Positions 1 through 10,300 of a stretch of DNA of 64,000 nucleotides are shown in pieces; position 1 is the stretch's first letter, and each line of letters starts with the position of its first letter. A model generated the notes under the pieces. It saw only the letters and a list, made by a program, of their open reading frames with translations, was not told where the DNA came from and did not search any database. Origin of the DNA: Selaginella moellendorffii. Lineage: Eukaryota; Plantae; Lycopodiophyta. The translations under genes and the position numbers were made by a program. The stretch is taken from contig NW_003314365.1 in NCBI RefSeq assembly GCF_000143415.4, positions 385,181 to 449,180 on the forward strand, in the 5' to 3' direction.

Positions 1-303
1 GGGTTTTTTTAAAAAACCGGGGGGGCTAAAAGAGGGAAAGGGGGTTTCCCCCCCGGTACCGGGAAAAGGAATTTGGGTTTTGGCCCCACCCGGACTAATA
101 ACAAAAACCGGCCCTTAAGCGGGGGCTGAATTTTCCCTCCGGGGGGTGGGCAATGCCCCACCTTCCCCTTTTTCTTTTTTTAATTTTGGGAACCCCAAAA
201 GCCCCCCCCCCCCCTTTTTTGCCCCCCCCCCCCCCCCCCCCCCCCCTTTTGAGGAACACACACTTTGGGCTTTCACCCCAAGCCTCCCTTAGTATCAGAA
301 GTT
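1..303 (-). mobile_element. Fragment of LTR family C; target of the DNA transposon insertion
   Basis: 250-303 is nearly identical to 36190-36243 (gaggaacaca..tttgggctttcaccccaagcctcccttagtatcag.agtt). 1-250 is a homopolymer-inflated, low-quality version of ~35990-36190. Confidence 0.8.
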
Positions 304-327
304 AAGCTCTATTTCGTTAAAGTGGGA
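304..327 (+). repeat. Left TIR of copy 1
   Basis: Reverse complement of 13415-13438 (24/24) and of 21454-21477 (23/24). Confidence 0.92.
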
Positions 328-992
328 TTTATTCAGTAAAATGGGACTAGGTACAAATTTTCAAGTATTTGAAAATGACGTGAAATTATATGTTTTTTGT
401 CCAGGGGCTAGACATATCTGGGGCATGGTGACTAGCGCGGTGACTTTGTGTCCAGACTGAGTCCATCTGGTTGTATAATAAATCTCATTGTCAAGGTGAA
501 CAAGCCGAATCTGAAGCTAAAGAAGAGCGATGGCATGCGCGCACACACTATTTGTTTGTTCATTGAGCGTGTGGTGAGCTTTCCAAGATGAACGTCATTC
601 CTATTAGCCAGACATATAACTTAATGGTGAGAACATTTAGATATTATTCAATGTTATCTTTTTCTAACGAATCTAATTGTGAAGGTGTAGCAAGAGGCAT
701 TGCTAGTCTGGAGAAGTCATTTAACTCATTTGACCCTTAGTGTATTTTCATGAAACTAAATAACATTCATATTATTAAGGAATTTCTCTAGTACCTTTTT
801 TTTATGACATAGAGGCTTGCATTTCTTTCAAAGGTGATTTAGTAAAAGGCTTGAGGGCACATGCCATTCTATTTCTCAGACCAGTATTAAGATATACTAG
901 TGCAAAGGGCCACATGCCATCATGCCTCCTCTGATTCAGATTCGGATTGTTCACCTTGAAATAAAATACATTAGAAACTTAGTAAAGGAATA

Positions 993-3900
993 TTAAATCT
1001 CACCTTGAACCCGGGTTATGAATGCTCTTGCTGCATCTCTTGCATGGTCTGGCAAGGTGATGGTGGCACTCTGCTTCCGCATCCAACCATGCACAACATT
1101 ATCCACCGATATGCTCATGCTGGGATCCCTTGGATTCAGCACCCATCTCTTTTCTAGGCAATCCTTCGTATATCCGGAACTTGGCTTGAACCACTCCACA
1201 GTTACATTGAAGGAGTTAGTTTCCGCGTCCTCCTCTGCATCAGTGATGCAGCGCCCCACCCATATCATTTGTTTTTTATTACTGGGTCTGACAAGCACGA
1301 CCATTCCTTTGCAGACTTGTACTGGATTGAATGCTGAATCCGGCTTCTTGTTCCTCGGCCCACAATAGTGATCCTCAACATCGTTATCTGTCACTGCATT
1401 TCCAGAGGACATTGTTCCGCTACTATCTGGTGCTCTGGGTTCTGGCCAAAAGGACTCTTCCAATTCTTCATATACAACCGGCCCATTTTGGATAGCAGAT
1501 ATAATCTTCTCCCAGTATTCGAGCAAAGGCTTGCACCTCTTAAAATAGGATTCTCCACCAAACACCAACCCCCTTTTCCAGAAGGCAATATGCTGTCTAA
1601 TCCCGGCCACTATACTTTCCTGGTCTTTGAGTCCATCCGGGTGCATCGGCCGTGGGGAACCCTGAGGAATCATAGGTTCCCCAGTTATGGGATCTCTCTT
1701 GAAGAGTTCAATGCCGTCCACTGGCAGGCACACTGTGTCCCATTCTCTCATCTTGTACCTCATCACTGGAGCACCGTCACGCATGCTGAAATGAAACTGA
1801 AGAGGCTTGGAGTGGCCAATCAGCGTTTCGGATCCGTCCCTGATATAGCCTATTACAAACCCCTTAAAGTCTGGAACCTCTGTCACAAGTGCAGCTTCAA
1901 CAGTGCCTTTGATGCAATTTTGGAATTCATCGTAGAGTTGTGGGAGGGTGAGGACATTGGATCGCCGGAGGGACTCTGCCAGGTGACTGAACATGGCATC
2001 AACGTCTTCATGAGTGTGCCCAACCATGAGAAAGCCAAGTGTAACCGTTTCAAATATGCCTTTGGCAACAAGCATCGCCAAGTACGCGAAGACGTACATG
2101 TTTTTGTTCTCACTGCCAGCATTGTCTGTTTGGAGCAGAAGATGGGGTGGAAGGCCACATCGGCCGCAAGAACTTCCTTGAGATTCTGCTTCGTTTGGAT
2201 GAGGCTGTGCATTCACCGGGCGACCAGCCTCGTCGGAATGGCATGAGGCCTCACGTGATAACCCTACAATCTGACGGCCAACATATTCACTGGGATGGCA
2301 TGGGGCCCCACGCGATACTGCAAGCCTTTGCTCCTCCTCCAGCTGAACCCTGTATGGGGTTCGATCGACAAGGGCCTTATGCAAGGGTTGGCCGTTCAGC
2401 TCAGTCTGCGCACTTTGCAGAGACCTTAAGTGTTTTGCTAGGGACGCAATCATCATGTTTGCACCCCCGCCACCCCATAGAGGTACAAAGAAGTTCCCAT
2501 AGTTCTGGGCACCATGCCCATGAGCGATTATGCCAAACAGAGACACAGGCAGTTGCATGGATGAAGAGATTGCCTTGGGGGCAGGATTGAGTCGAGGTAA
2601 GCACGTCTTTTTCTGGTCCATTTTGTCGTGGATGATGCAGAGGTAAGAGTCAGGTCTCTCCATGGAGAGAATCCTGTTATGATAATATGCAGTCCTGCAG
2701 CTTCTCTGCTCGATGTTGTGGTCGAGCCGCCTTCTAACCAACGTCTCTCGCTCTTGAGCGCTGCAAGAATTCTTCGACAAAGCCATTTTGATAGCAGTGC
2801 ACTCGTCACACTTTGAAAAGCTGGAGTACTTTCCTATACTCACATCCCTGAACCTGTTGCTCCACAATCTACTAAATCTAGATTAGCTCAGCTTCCTGTA
2901 GCCATTACTCTGGAGTTCCCGATTCACATCTTCCAATATGGCCCCCTTGGTATACATGGAAGGGAGAACTCGTTGGGTGTCTCGTGTTCCATCTTCCAAG
3001 AGGCGGGTTTTATGTGGTTGCTGCTCGCTACATGTCTCGACAAACCTCTTGAAGATTGCCTCTCCATATACAACATGACCCCTGGTTTTGTGCGTACTGT
3101 CGTTCCCATGGACTGCCTGTTGAACCCTTTGTTCCTCGAACTCAGTTTTGATTCTGTAGAATGTGCTTCGAGGGACTCCATAAATGATTCTCCATGCCTT
3201 CATGCAGACCAAACCCCTCTGGAAGACCATGCCCCCCACCTGATGTTCTGAAGCATCAACAGATGACCGTAATGCCTCATACACAAAATTGCGAGCTGCC
3301 TTCCAGGACAATGTCTTGTATCTTGCTCTCTCCTCTTCAATAGCATCCCAATCAGCATGTTGACAGCACCTCCTCTTGCAACAAGCAACTGTCGAGACCA
3401 TTCGAACCTCCATCGCCATTTTCTGCCTTTTCGGTTCGTTGCTCAGATCCCTTTGGCTGCGCTGTAGGAAGGTGTACTTTCTTTTCCCATGAAGAGATGT
3501 TCTGTCATCAGTTGTAGTGGTGTTTGATTGTGAATCCTTCACATTCTCAAACACTAAATGCCTCAATTTCCACCTCACAATGCTTCCAATAGTCAGACTG
3601 TTTTCTTCTGTGTCAACAACCTCTAAAATTGCAACTCCAATATCATCCCAGCCCAATTCTTGATTAGCAACCGCATCTCTTGGATCGACAACTGTGGTCA
3701 GCTACCACCTCCCCCTCGTGGTTGTTTAGAAACACCTTTGCCTGAATCCATGTAGCACGGTTCTTAAGATCCATGGAGGGAACATGCATCGCACTTGTGC
3801 TGTCCCCAACATCTGCTTTCTTCTGCAGATTTTTCAAGGCAACAACAACATTTACCCCGACGACCATCTCTCCTCATTCAATAGCGACCACATTCCCATC

Positions 3901-4050
3901 GAAGACAGTCTCTACTGATACAGCAGCATTGCCTTCCCCAAGCCTTTGACAGTGTATAACAAAGTTCCGATCAATAGACACAAGGGTCCCTTTTGCAACT
4001 CTCTTCCCACCATTCAAAATGTAAACCTTTTCCCCAACCCTGAAGGCCAT
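993..4050 (-). pseudogene. Gene A copy 1: Sola-like DDD transposase (~1020 aa when reconstructed), disrupted
   Basis: Motifs FSKCDEC, HDKMDQ, QTDNAGSENKN and FLMVGHTHEDVDAMFS fit the D..DN.xxNKN..GH....D pattern of Sola-type transposases. Lesions relative to copy 2: TGA at 3874-3876, 8-bp deletion near 3698, TAA at 2883-2885. The C-terminal 624 codons are open. Confidence 0.8.
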
Positions 4051-4405
4051 TCTGAAAGTGCAGAAAAGAAGTTAAGACCATACAAAAAATGATTGGAGAA
4101 TGGCCTAAATCATAACATACCAAATAGCATGAGGCCACATGCCATTATTCAAACATGCTATTGACACCCACGTGAAATTTCGCATTCACAAAATTGGCAT
4201 GAGCCCTCATGCCATCTTGATATACACACAGCTGCAGGCAAGTAAAAACATACATGACAATACGCTAGCCATGAAATTGCAAGGGCCCAAGATGGCATGT
4301 GGCCTCATGCCATTTCTAAATGTGGTCCTAAACCATTCCATGGTGAACATACCAGGAAGCACAAGTGCCGAATATCAAGAGGAAGCGGTAGCCACACCAA
4401 AGACA

Positions 4406-4535
4406 GTGCCGCTCGCAACACCGCAACTACTCGTAGCGCCGCTCGCAACACCGCAACTGCTCGTAGCGCCGCTCGCACAAACTGCCACTCGCATAAACTG
4501 CCGCTCGCAATGGCGCTCGCAATGCCGCAACCGCT
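4406..4535. repeat. GC/CpG-rich ~30-bp tandem repeat upstream of gene A
   Basis: gccgctcgcaacaccgcaactrctcgtagc x2 plus degenerate units; mirrored in copy 2 at ~17130-17260. Confidence 0.8.
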
Positions 4536-4850
4536 TGTAGACGCATAAACCACAGCTCACAACGCCGCTTACACAAGCAGCGCTCACTACGCTCAGCGGA
4601 ACCAAGAACACGGCGCACAAAAATGATAGACCTAGGAATGAGTTCGAGAATTAAAAAATAACACACGCTTGAACGTCACATCAAATCCTCTGACAAACCA
4701 GATCTTATGATTCCTTTGACAAATTTCAAACTGAGTAGCTTCTAGACTTTGCTGTCGGAGGTTGAACTTTGTCACATCATGTCCTTGCCTCGATCCAGCT
4801 GTGCCATGTCAGTGATTTGAACTTTGCCATGCCATGTCAGCGATCCGCGC

Positions 4851-6706
4851 CAAGATTATTTGCCGTGTAAAGGAATAATTATGTTGTGTGTGTACGTCCA
4901 TTTATGGCAATATAAGGCCACATGCCATTCAAAGAATAATGCTAGTCGAGCATCTTTTGGTGCATTTTTGGGTTCAAAATTGCATGAGCCCACACGATAT
5001 AAAGTTTACTTGTACCAAAAATAGAAACAGCTTTATTTACTTGGGAATTTAAGTGGTTGAGGCATTTTTAAACTTACAAACACATGCCCTACTTACATTC
5101 CTTTGGTTGCTTAAAATTCAAAAATATTATAAACCTTTCTTTTTGCATTTTCAATGTTTTCAATTATGGTTTTTGATTTTCGCAGGACCAGCCTAGTAAT
5201 CTATTTACATCCCGTCATGTTTATAGCTAGCTTTCGTTTGTCCCCTTCGCTAGCCTGAGATACATCTGCTCGGCATCTGCCTCTTACAGCATTTGCCCAG
5301 AAAGGGCATCTTTCTTCACGCAGCATTTGCCACATGTTTAGGGTTAGGGTTTAGGGTTTAGGGTTTAGCAATTCAGTAGCTTGATAAACATGCAAATACA
5401 GAACTTGATGCAAAATCCTTTGATATGTCACAATGCCCCTAGGACCATAAACACATTTCAATAGAGAGGGTCCTTTCATTTCATAACTCCTTACGTAGAT
5501 CTTGGTGAAACCAGAGTTAGTGAAGTTGGTTTCTTGTGATCCCGCATCTGATTGTGATGTCCCTTTGCAGTGTCGATGGAAAGGTCAATGCACACCAAAC
5601 TGTAGAATCTTGGAGCAAAATAACGGTCGGATCTATGGCAAATGCCCCTGAAACATTGTAAGGCTCGTGTGGTCTCATGTGGTGTCCGATCGAGATGCTT
5701 CTTTGCAGGGTCATCAAGAAGGACATTGTATACCATTCTGTAAAATCTGGTTGCGATCTAACGGTTAGATCTCCAGGAAACTCAAAACAATCTCGCGCGT
5801 GTTAGAATATTCTAGGAATATACTCCTATGTGCTCCAAGATTATTTGCCGTGTAAAGGAATAATTATGCTGTGTCATTTATGGCAATATAAGGCCACACG
5901 CCATTCAAAGAATAATGCTAGTCGAGCATTTTTTGGTGCATTTTTGGGTTCAAAATTGCATGAGCCCACACGCTATAAAGTTTACCTGTACCAAAAATAG
6001 AAACAGCTTTATTTACTTGGGAATTTAAGTGGTTGAGGCATTTTTAAACTTACAAACACATGCCCTACTTACATTCCTTTGGTTGCTTACATTCCTTTGG
6101 TTGCTAGCTTTCGTTTGTCCCCTTCACTAGCCTGAGATACATCTGCTCGGCATCTGCCTCTTACAGCATTTGCCCAGAAAGGGCATCTTTCTTCACGCAG
6201 CATTTGCCACATGTTTAGGGTTTAGGGTTTAGGGTTTAACAATTCAGTAGCTTGATAAACATGCAAATACAGAACTTGATGCAAAATCCTTGGATATGTC
6301 ACAATGCCCCTAGGACCATAAACACATTTCAATAGAGAGGGTCCTTTCATTTCATAACTCCTTACGTAGATCTTGGTGAAACCAGAGTTAGTGAAGTTGG
6401 TTTCTTGTGATCCCGCATCTGATTGTGATGTCCCTTTGCAGTGTCGATGGAAAGGTCAATGCACACCAAACTGTGGAATCTTGGAGCAAAATAACGGTCG
6501 GATCTATGGCAAATGCCCCTGAAACATTGTAAGGCTCGTGTGGTCTCATGTGGTGTCCGATCGAGATGCTTCTTTGCAGGGTCATCAAGAAGGACATTGT
6601 ATACCATTCTGTAAAATCTAGTTGCGATCTAACGGTTGGATCTCCAGGAAACTCAAAACAATCTCGCGCGTGTCAGAATATTCTAGGAATATACTCCTAT
6701 GTGCTC
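4851..6706. repeat. Tandem duplication in the intergenic region of copy 1 (~985 bp + ~870 bp)
   Basis: Both units run from caagattatttgccg to tactcctatgtgctc (4851-5835 and 5836-6706). The second unit has an internal deletion. Copy 2 has a single unit. Confidence 0.9.
5337..5368 (+). repeat. Interstitial plant telomeric repeat / telo-box tract
   Basis: TTTAGGG TTAGGG TTTAGGG TTTAGGG TTTAG; also at 6214-6237 and, inverted, at 16305-16330. Confidence 0.9.
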
Positions 6707-7373
6707 CTGAAAATGGCATGCGGCCCCACGCCATTGAAGAGATAACGCCAGATGACGCCGAGCATTTTTTGGTGCATTTTTTGGGATCAAATTTGCATGA
6801 GCCCACATGCTTGAACGTCATCCTCTGACAATTTATTTAGCTGAACATCTGGCATTTTTGGAAATACAAGATGCTTTGGAATATCCAATCATGCACGGTA
6901 TAAATATAGCGAGGGTATTAAATGATATCCTAATCATGATCTTTCTTTTGGATTTCACGTGCATGCAGTCCGAGGAATGATGACGTTGCGGATTTCTTTT
7001 GGATTTCACGCATGCACGCGCCGATCCAGAAATTAATGGTGGCGCCCAAGTCCGAGAAATGATGACGTGGCGGGATTACCAACCGTCGTGACATTTCGCG
7101 CGTGTGAGGTTAGGTTTTGCATTTTGGTTCGTACTCGCGCTCGCATCGCGCTCGTGTGCATCGGCGTCCACTTCAAGACACACCCAGTTTGTAACTTCGC
7201 CGCCAACTCCGCCGCCCACTCCGCCACCCACACGCAGCCCACTTGGCGTCCCGGGAGATTTCAGCGCCACTCTCCAACTGTAAGTGGCAGAGTAGCCTTG
7301 CTGCTACGATCCGCTGCACACACAGTGCACATTCGCCAGCGAGTCCGGTTGTCACGCCTCCATTCGGCTTCAA

Positions 7374-10300
7374 ATGGTAAGTCTTTTAGGCCAAGTAGAA
7401 AATGGCATGAGGCCACATGCCATTCAGTAGCAACATTGGCATGCACCGATTGGGCTCTCGAGTGCAGTCCGGTTACAGATGGCGTGTAGCCTCACGCCAT
7501 CTTAGGATGCAGCCTCAAGACATCTGATGCAGTGGTGAATGGCGTGTGGCCTCACGTTATTTCCAGCTACTAGCTTTTCATCTGTCAGCTCTAATTGTTG
7601 TGCATTTCTGAACAGGCGAGGAATTGCGTTCTTCTTCCAGCCACTGTCAATGTGGATGCAGAGAAGGGGGAGGAGCTCACCAGTTGGACTTTCGGGATGG
7701 AAGGCGAGGATCTGAGGCTGTACAACACAGATGGTGGGAGAAAAGAATGCATGGGGATCCTCATCCAAGTGACAGACACTCCATGCAGTTCCATGCAAGA
7801 ATATGGACTGGCACTTGTGGTAGAGACAGCGTCTGCCTTCAAGATCCACCTTGCACATCCTAGCGGCTTCCCGGAGGGGGGCAGCGGCTATGAGGAATTC
7901 CTAGAGGGAGCTAGGGAGAGGTTGTCCAGGAGGCCCACAATTTCAAAGACGCTGCGGGTCTATGAAGATCACATGGAATCCACGGACCTCACCTACGGTG
8001 ATGTTCAAAAACTATATTCCAACATTGAGCCGTTGAGAGTGACTCCAGTTCGCGAAGCAAAGGGGAAGGGGGTCGATCTGGAAACTACCTCGAAGCAGAA
8101 AAGGGTGGTCAAGCTCAAGCCGACGTCCGACTCTCCTGCTCCAAAAAAGAAGCTACTCAGTGATGCCATTGCCTCGGGTTCGAACACTACACACACCAAA
8201 AAGAAGAGCCGCAAAGAGCAGAAAGAGCAAGAAGAGGCAGCAAAAATCGTCGCAGATAATAGTACTTGTTACTATTCCAACAAAGTATATACAATCGACG
8301 TGAGCTGTATCGACATCCAAAGCAAATACAACCACAGGCTAGTATCTGATGAGTGGGTGGAGAAATTGAAGCAGAAGATGCTGGCAAGTCCAGTAACACC
8401 CGACATCGCAGACGTGATCCTCTACTACCAAAAAATGAAGGGCGAGATGAGGTTTCCAGACTTGATCAATAGGAAGGTGTTGGACGATCAGAACATCCGG
8501 TTCTATGCCGTCTCCGGGCAGCATTCTAGCTTGGCGATGCAAGAGATAGTTGTGGATATTATGGTGGGCGAGGAGGTGAAGAAAGTCTTCAAGACAAGAG
8601 TTGTCCGCCTGATAAAAGGCAACTCGCCCCTCCGATCTATCATATACATCTCCCACGCGCAGAATGTCAAGCAAGAAACGTGCTACAAATCGGGTCTGCA
8701 CGAGACATTGGCACGAACACGGAAGCTCTGGGTTCAACTGAAGAAGCCACAAAAACCAGGACAAGGACGTGCACTAGCAACTAGCGCCTGGCAGGTAAGC
8801 CTCGTTGTATGTGGCATAGCATGTGGCCTCACGCCATTTCCATTGCAGGAATTCTCGAGTCTTCTCTCGAAAACACTGGGGGTCAATGACACACTCAGCA
8901 TCCATAACATTCTACTCGCGACAAAAGTTGTTTTTGACAAATGGGTAGATGTGCTGAGGAGGTACCATGACGGGGAGTTGCCAAACTCAATGGGTGTGGA
9001 GGACGGCCGGAAGCCCAATGATTTGAAGCTCAACGCCTTGCATTTCTCGCGGTCTCTAGACGACGACGACCTTCTGACAGTGGCTAATGCTCTTCTACGT
9101 GGTGAGGTTGTCTTCAACAAGACCAAAATGACTCCCGGCCATATTGTGACATACGAGGACTTGTGCACGACTCTGAGAGCTCGTGCGCTATTGAAGGATT
9201 GGATCTTCGAGCAAGTGGCCGTGGAGAGGGTGAGCATCGACACCACGCAAGAGATGATGGAAGCGCTGGAGTTGTCAAATGAAGACATCGACGAGTACGT
9301 GAAGGGGGCCCCCAAGTTCATCGATCTGCTGCGGGATGCCACGAAAAGTAAAGCTGAGAAGTTGGATCAGTATCCAAATTTCATTAAGATTGATGTCGAC
9401 CGCCGGCTTCAGAAACAGCTCGACCCCGCAGCAGAGGCCTATCGAGAACCTTACCGGGTATACTTGAATTCGGATGAGGATCAAAGGTGGAGGAGCATCG
9501 TTTCCCGCGGAGATGAGCAGGTCAAGAACATCTTTTGTGTGATGGACTTCACAAACGAGGAGATCACTCATGCAGACGAAGTCAGCTCCATCATTGACTT
9601 AATGGTGGGACTTGCGGAGGTGGAATCTTCAGTCCACTATATGATCTACGACTCCGAATCCTATCACAAGTTCTGGAAGGCCTTGAACGAGGTGAAGGCT
9701 CGGTTGAAAGGCAAGGAGATGCGGGAGATCCATGGGATAATGGCTAAGAAGAAGATACCGACGAATATCCGCATCTTCACACTCGCCCTTGTTATTGGTC
9801 CTGCAGTAGAGTGGGACTGGAGTGACTTCCCAGCTTCGTTCGACAAGGCCAATCGAATTGATCTGAGGGAGGTCAATTTACCCGTGCCTGAGGAATTGAA
9901 GACGGCTATGGAGCTTTCGAATCCAAAGAAAGCTCCAGGTGCAGCATGGGAAATGCTCAGCTGGGTCTTCAACGCAATAGCGGGTGGGTCACCTGCTTCC
10001 GACTCCAAGGGCAAATGCGTTGTCGAGTACAACTGCGGCGGACTATTCTTTCGAGCCGCACTACTCAAGGGTGTCCCGTGTGTTGCGGTGACAAACTCCA
10101 TTGAAGAGGTGACTTCAATGGAGCATATAATTACAGTTGCCAAAGAAAAACAGTATCTTCTCTGCGAACCTGGTGAGTACGCACTTTAAGTTTAAATGTT
10201 ATCTCACAAGCTCTGTATGCAGGAGCGTGGCCACCCCCAGATGCTGAAACGGCGTTAACAGCTACTGTTGAAGATACCCATGTTGGGCCGAGCTCACAAC

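Noticed and set aside
1-250. G/C homopolymer-rich segment as a G-quadruplex or novel repeat
   Set aside because: It looks like a low-quality read end of the LTR seen cleanly at ~35990-36190.
1018-2816. Antisense ORFs over the transposase (e.g. 1368-2246) and over gene B
   Set aside because: Shadow frames of real coding sequence with no recognisable motifs.
5200-5830. Telomerase RNA gene or chromosome end suggested by TTTAGGG repeats
   Set aside because: The tract has 3.5-4.5 units rather than a ~1.5-unit template, lies inside a multicopy transposon, and I found no convincing USE/TATA Pol III promoter.
4139-7489. Short ORFs in the intergenic spacer as a third gene
   Set aside because: They are 60-140 aa, built from GC-rich repeats or palindromes, and change with indels between copies. 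A non-coding RNA here cannot be excluded.
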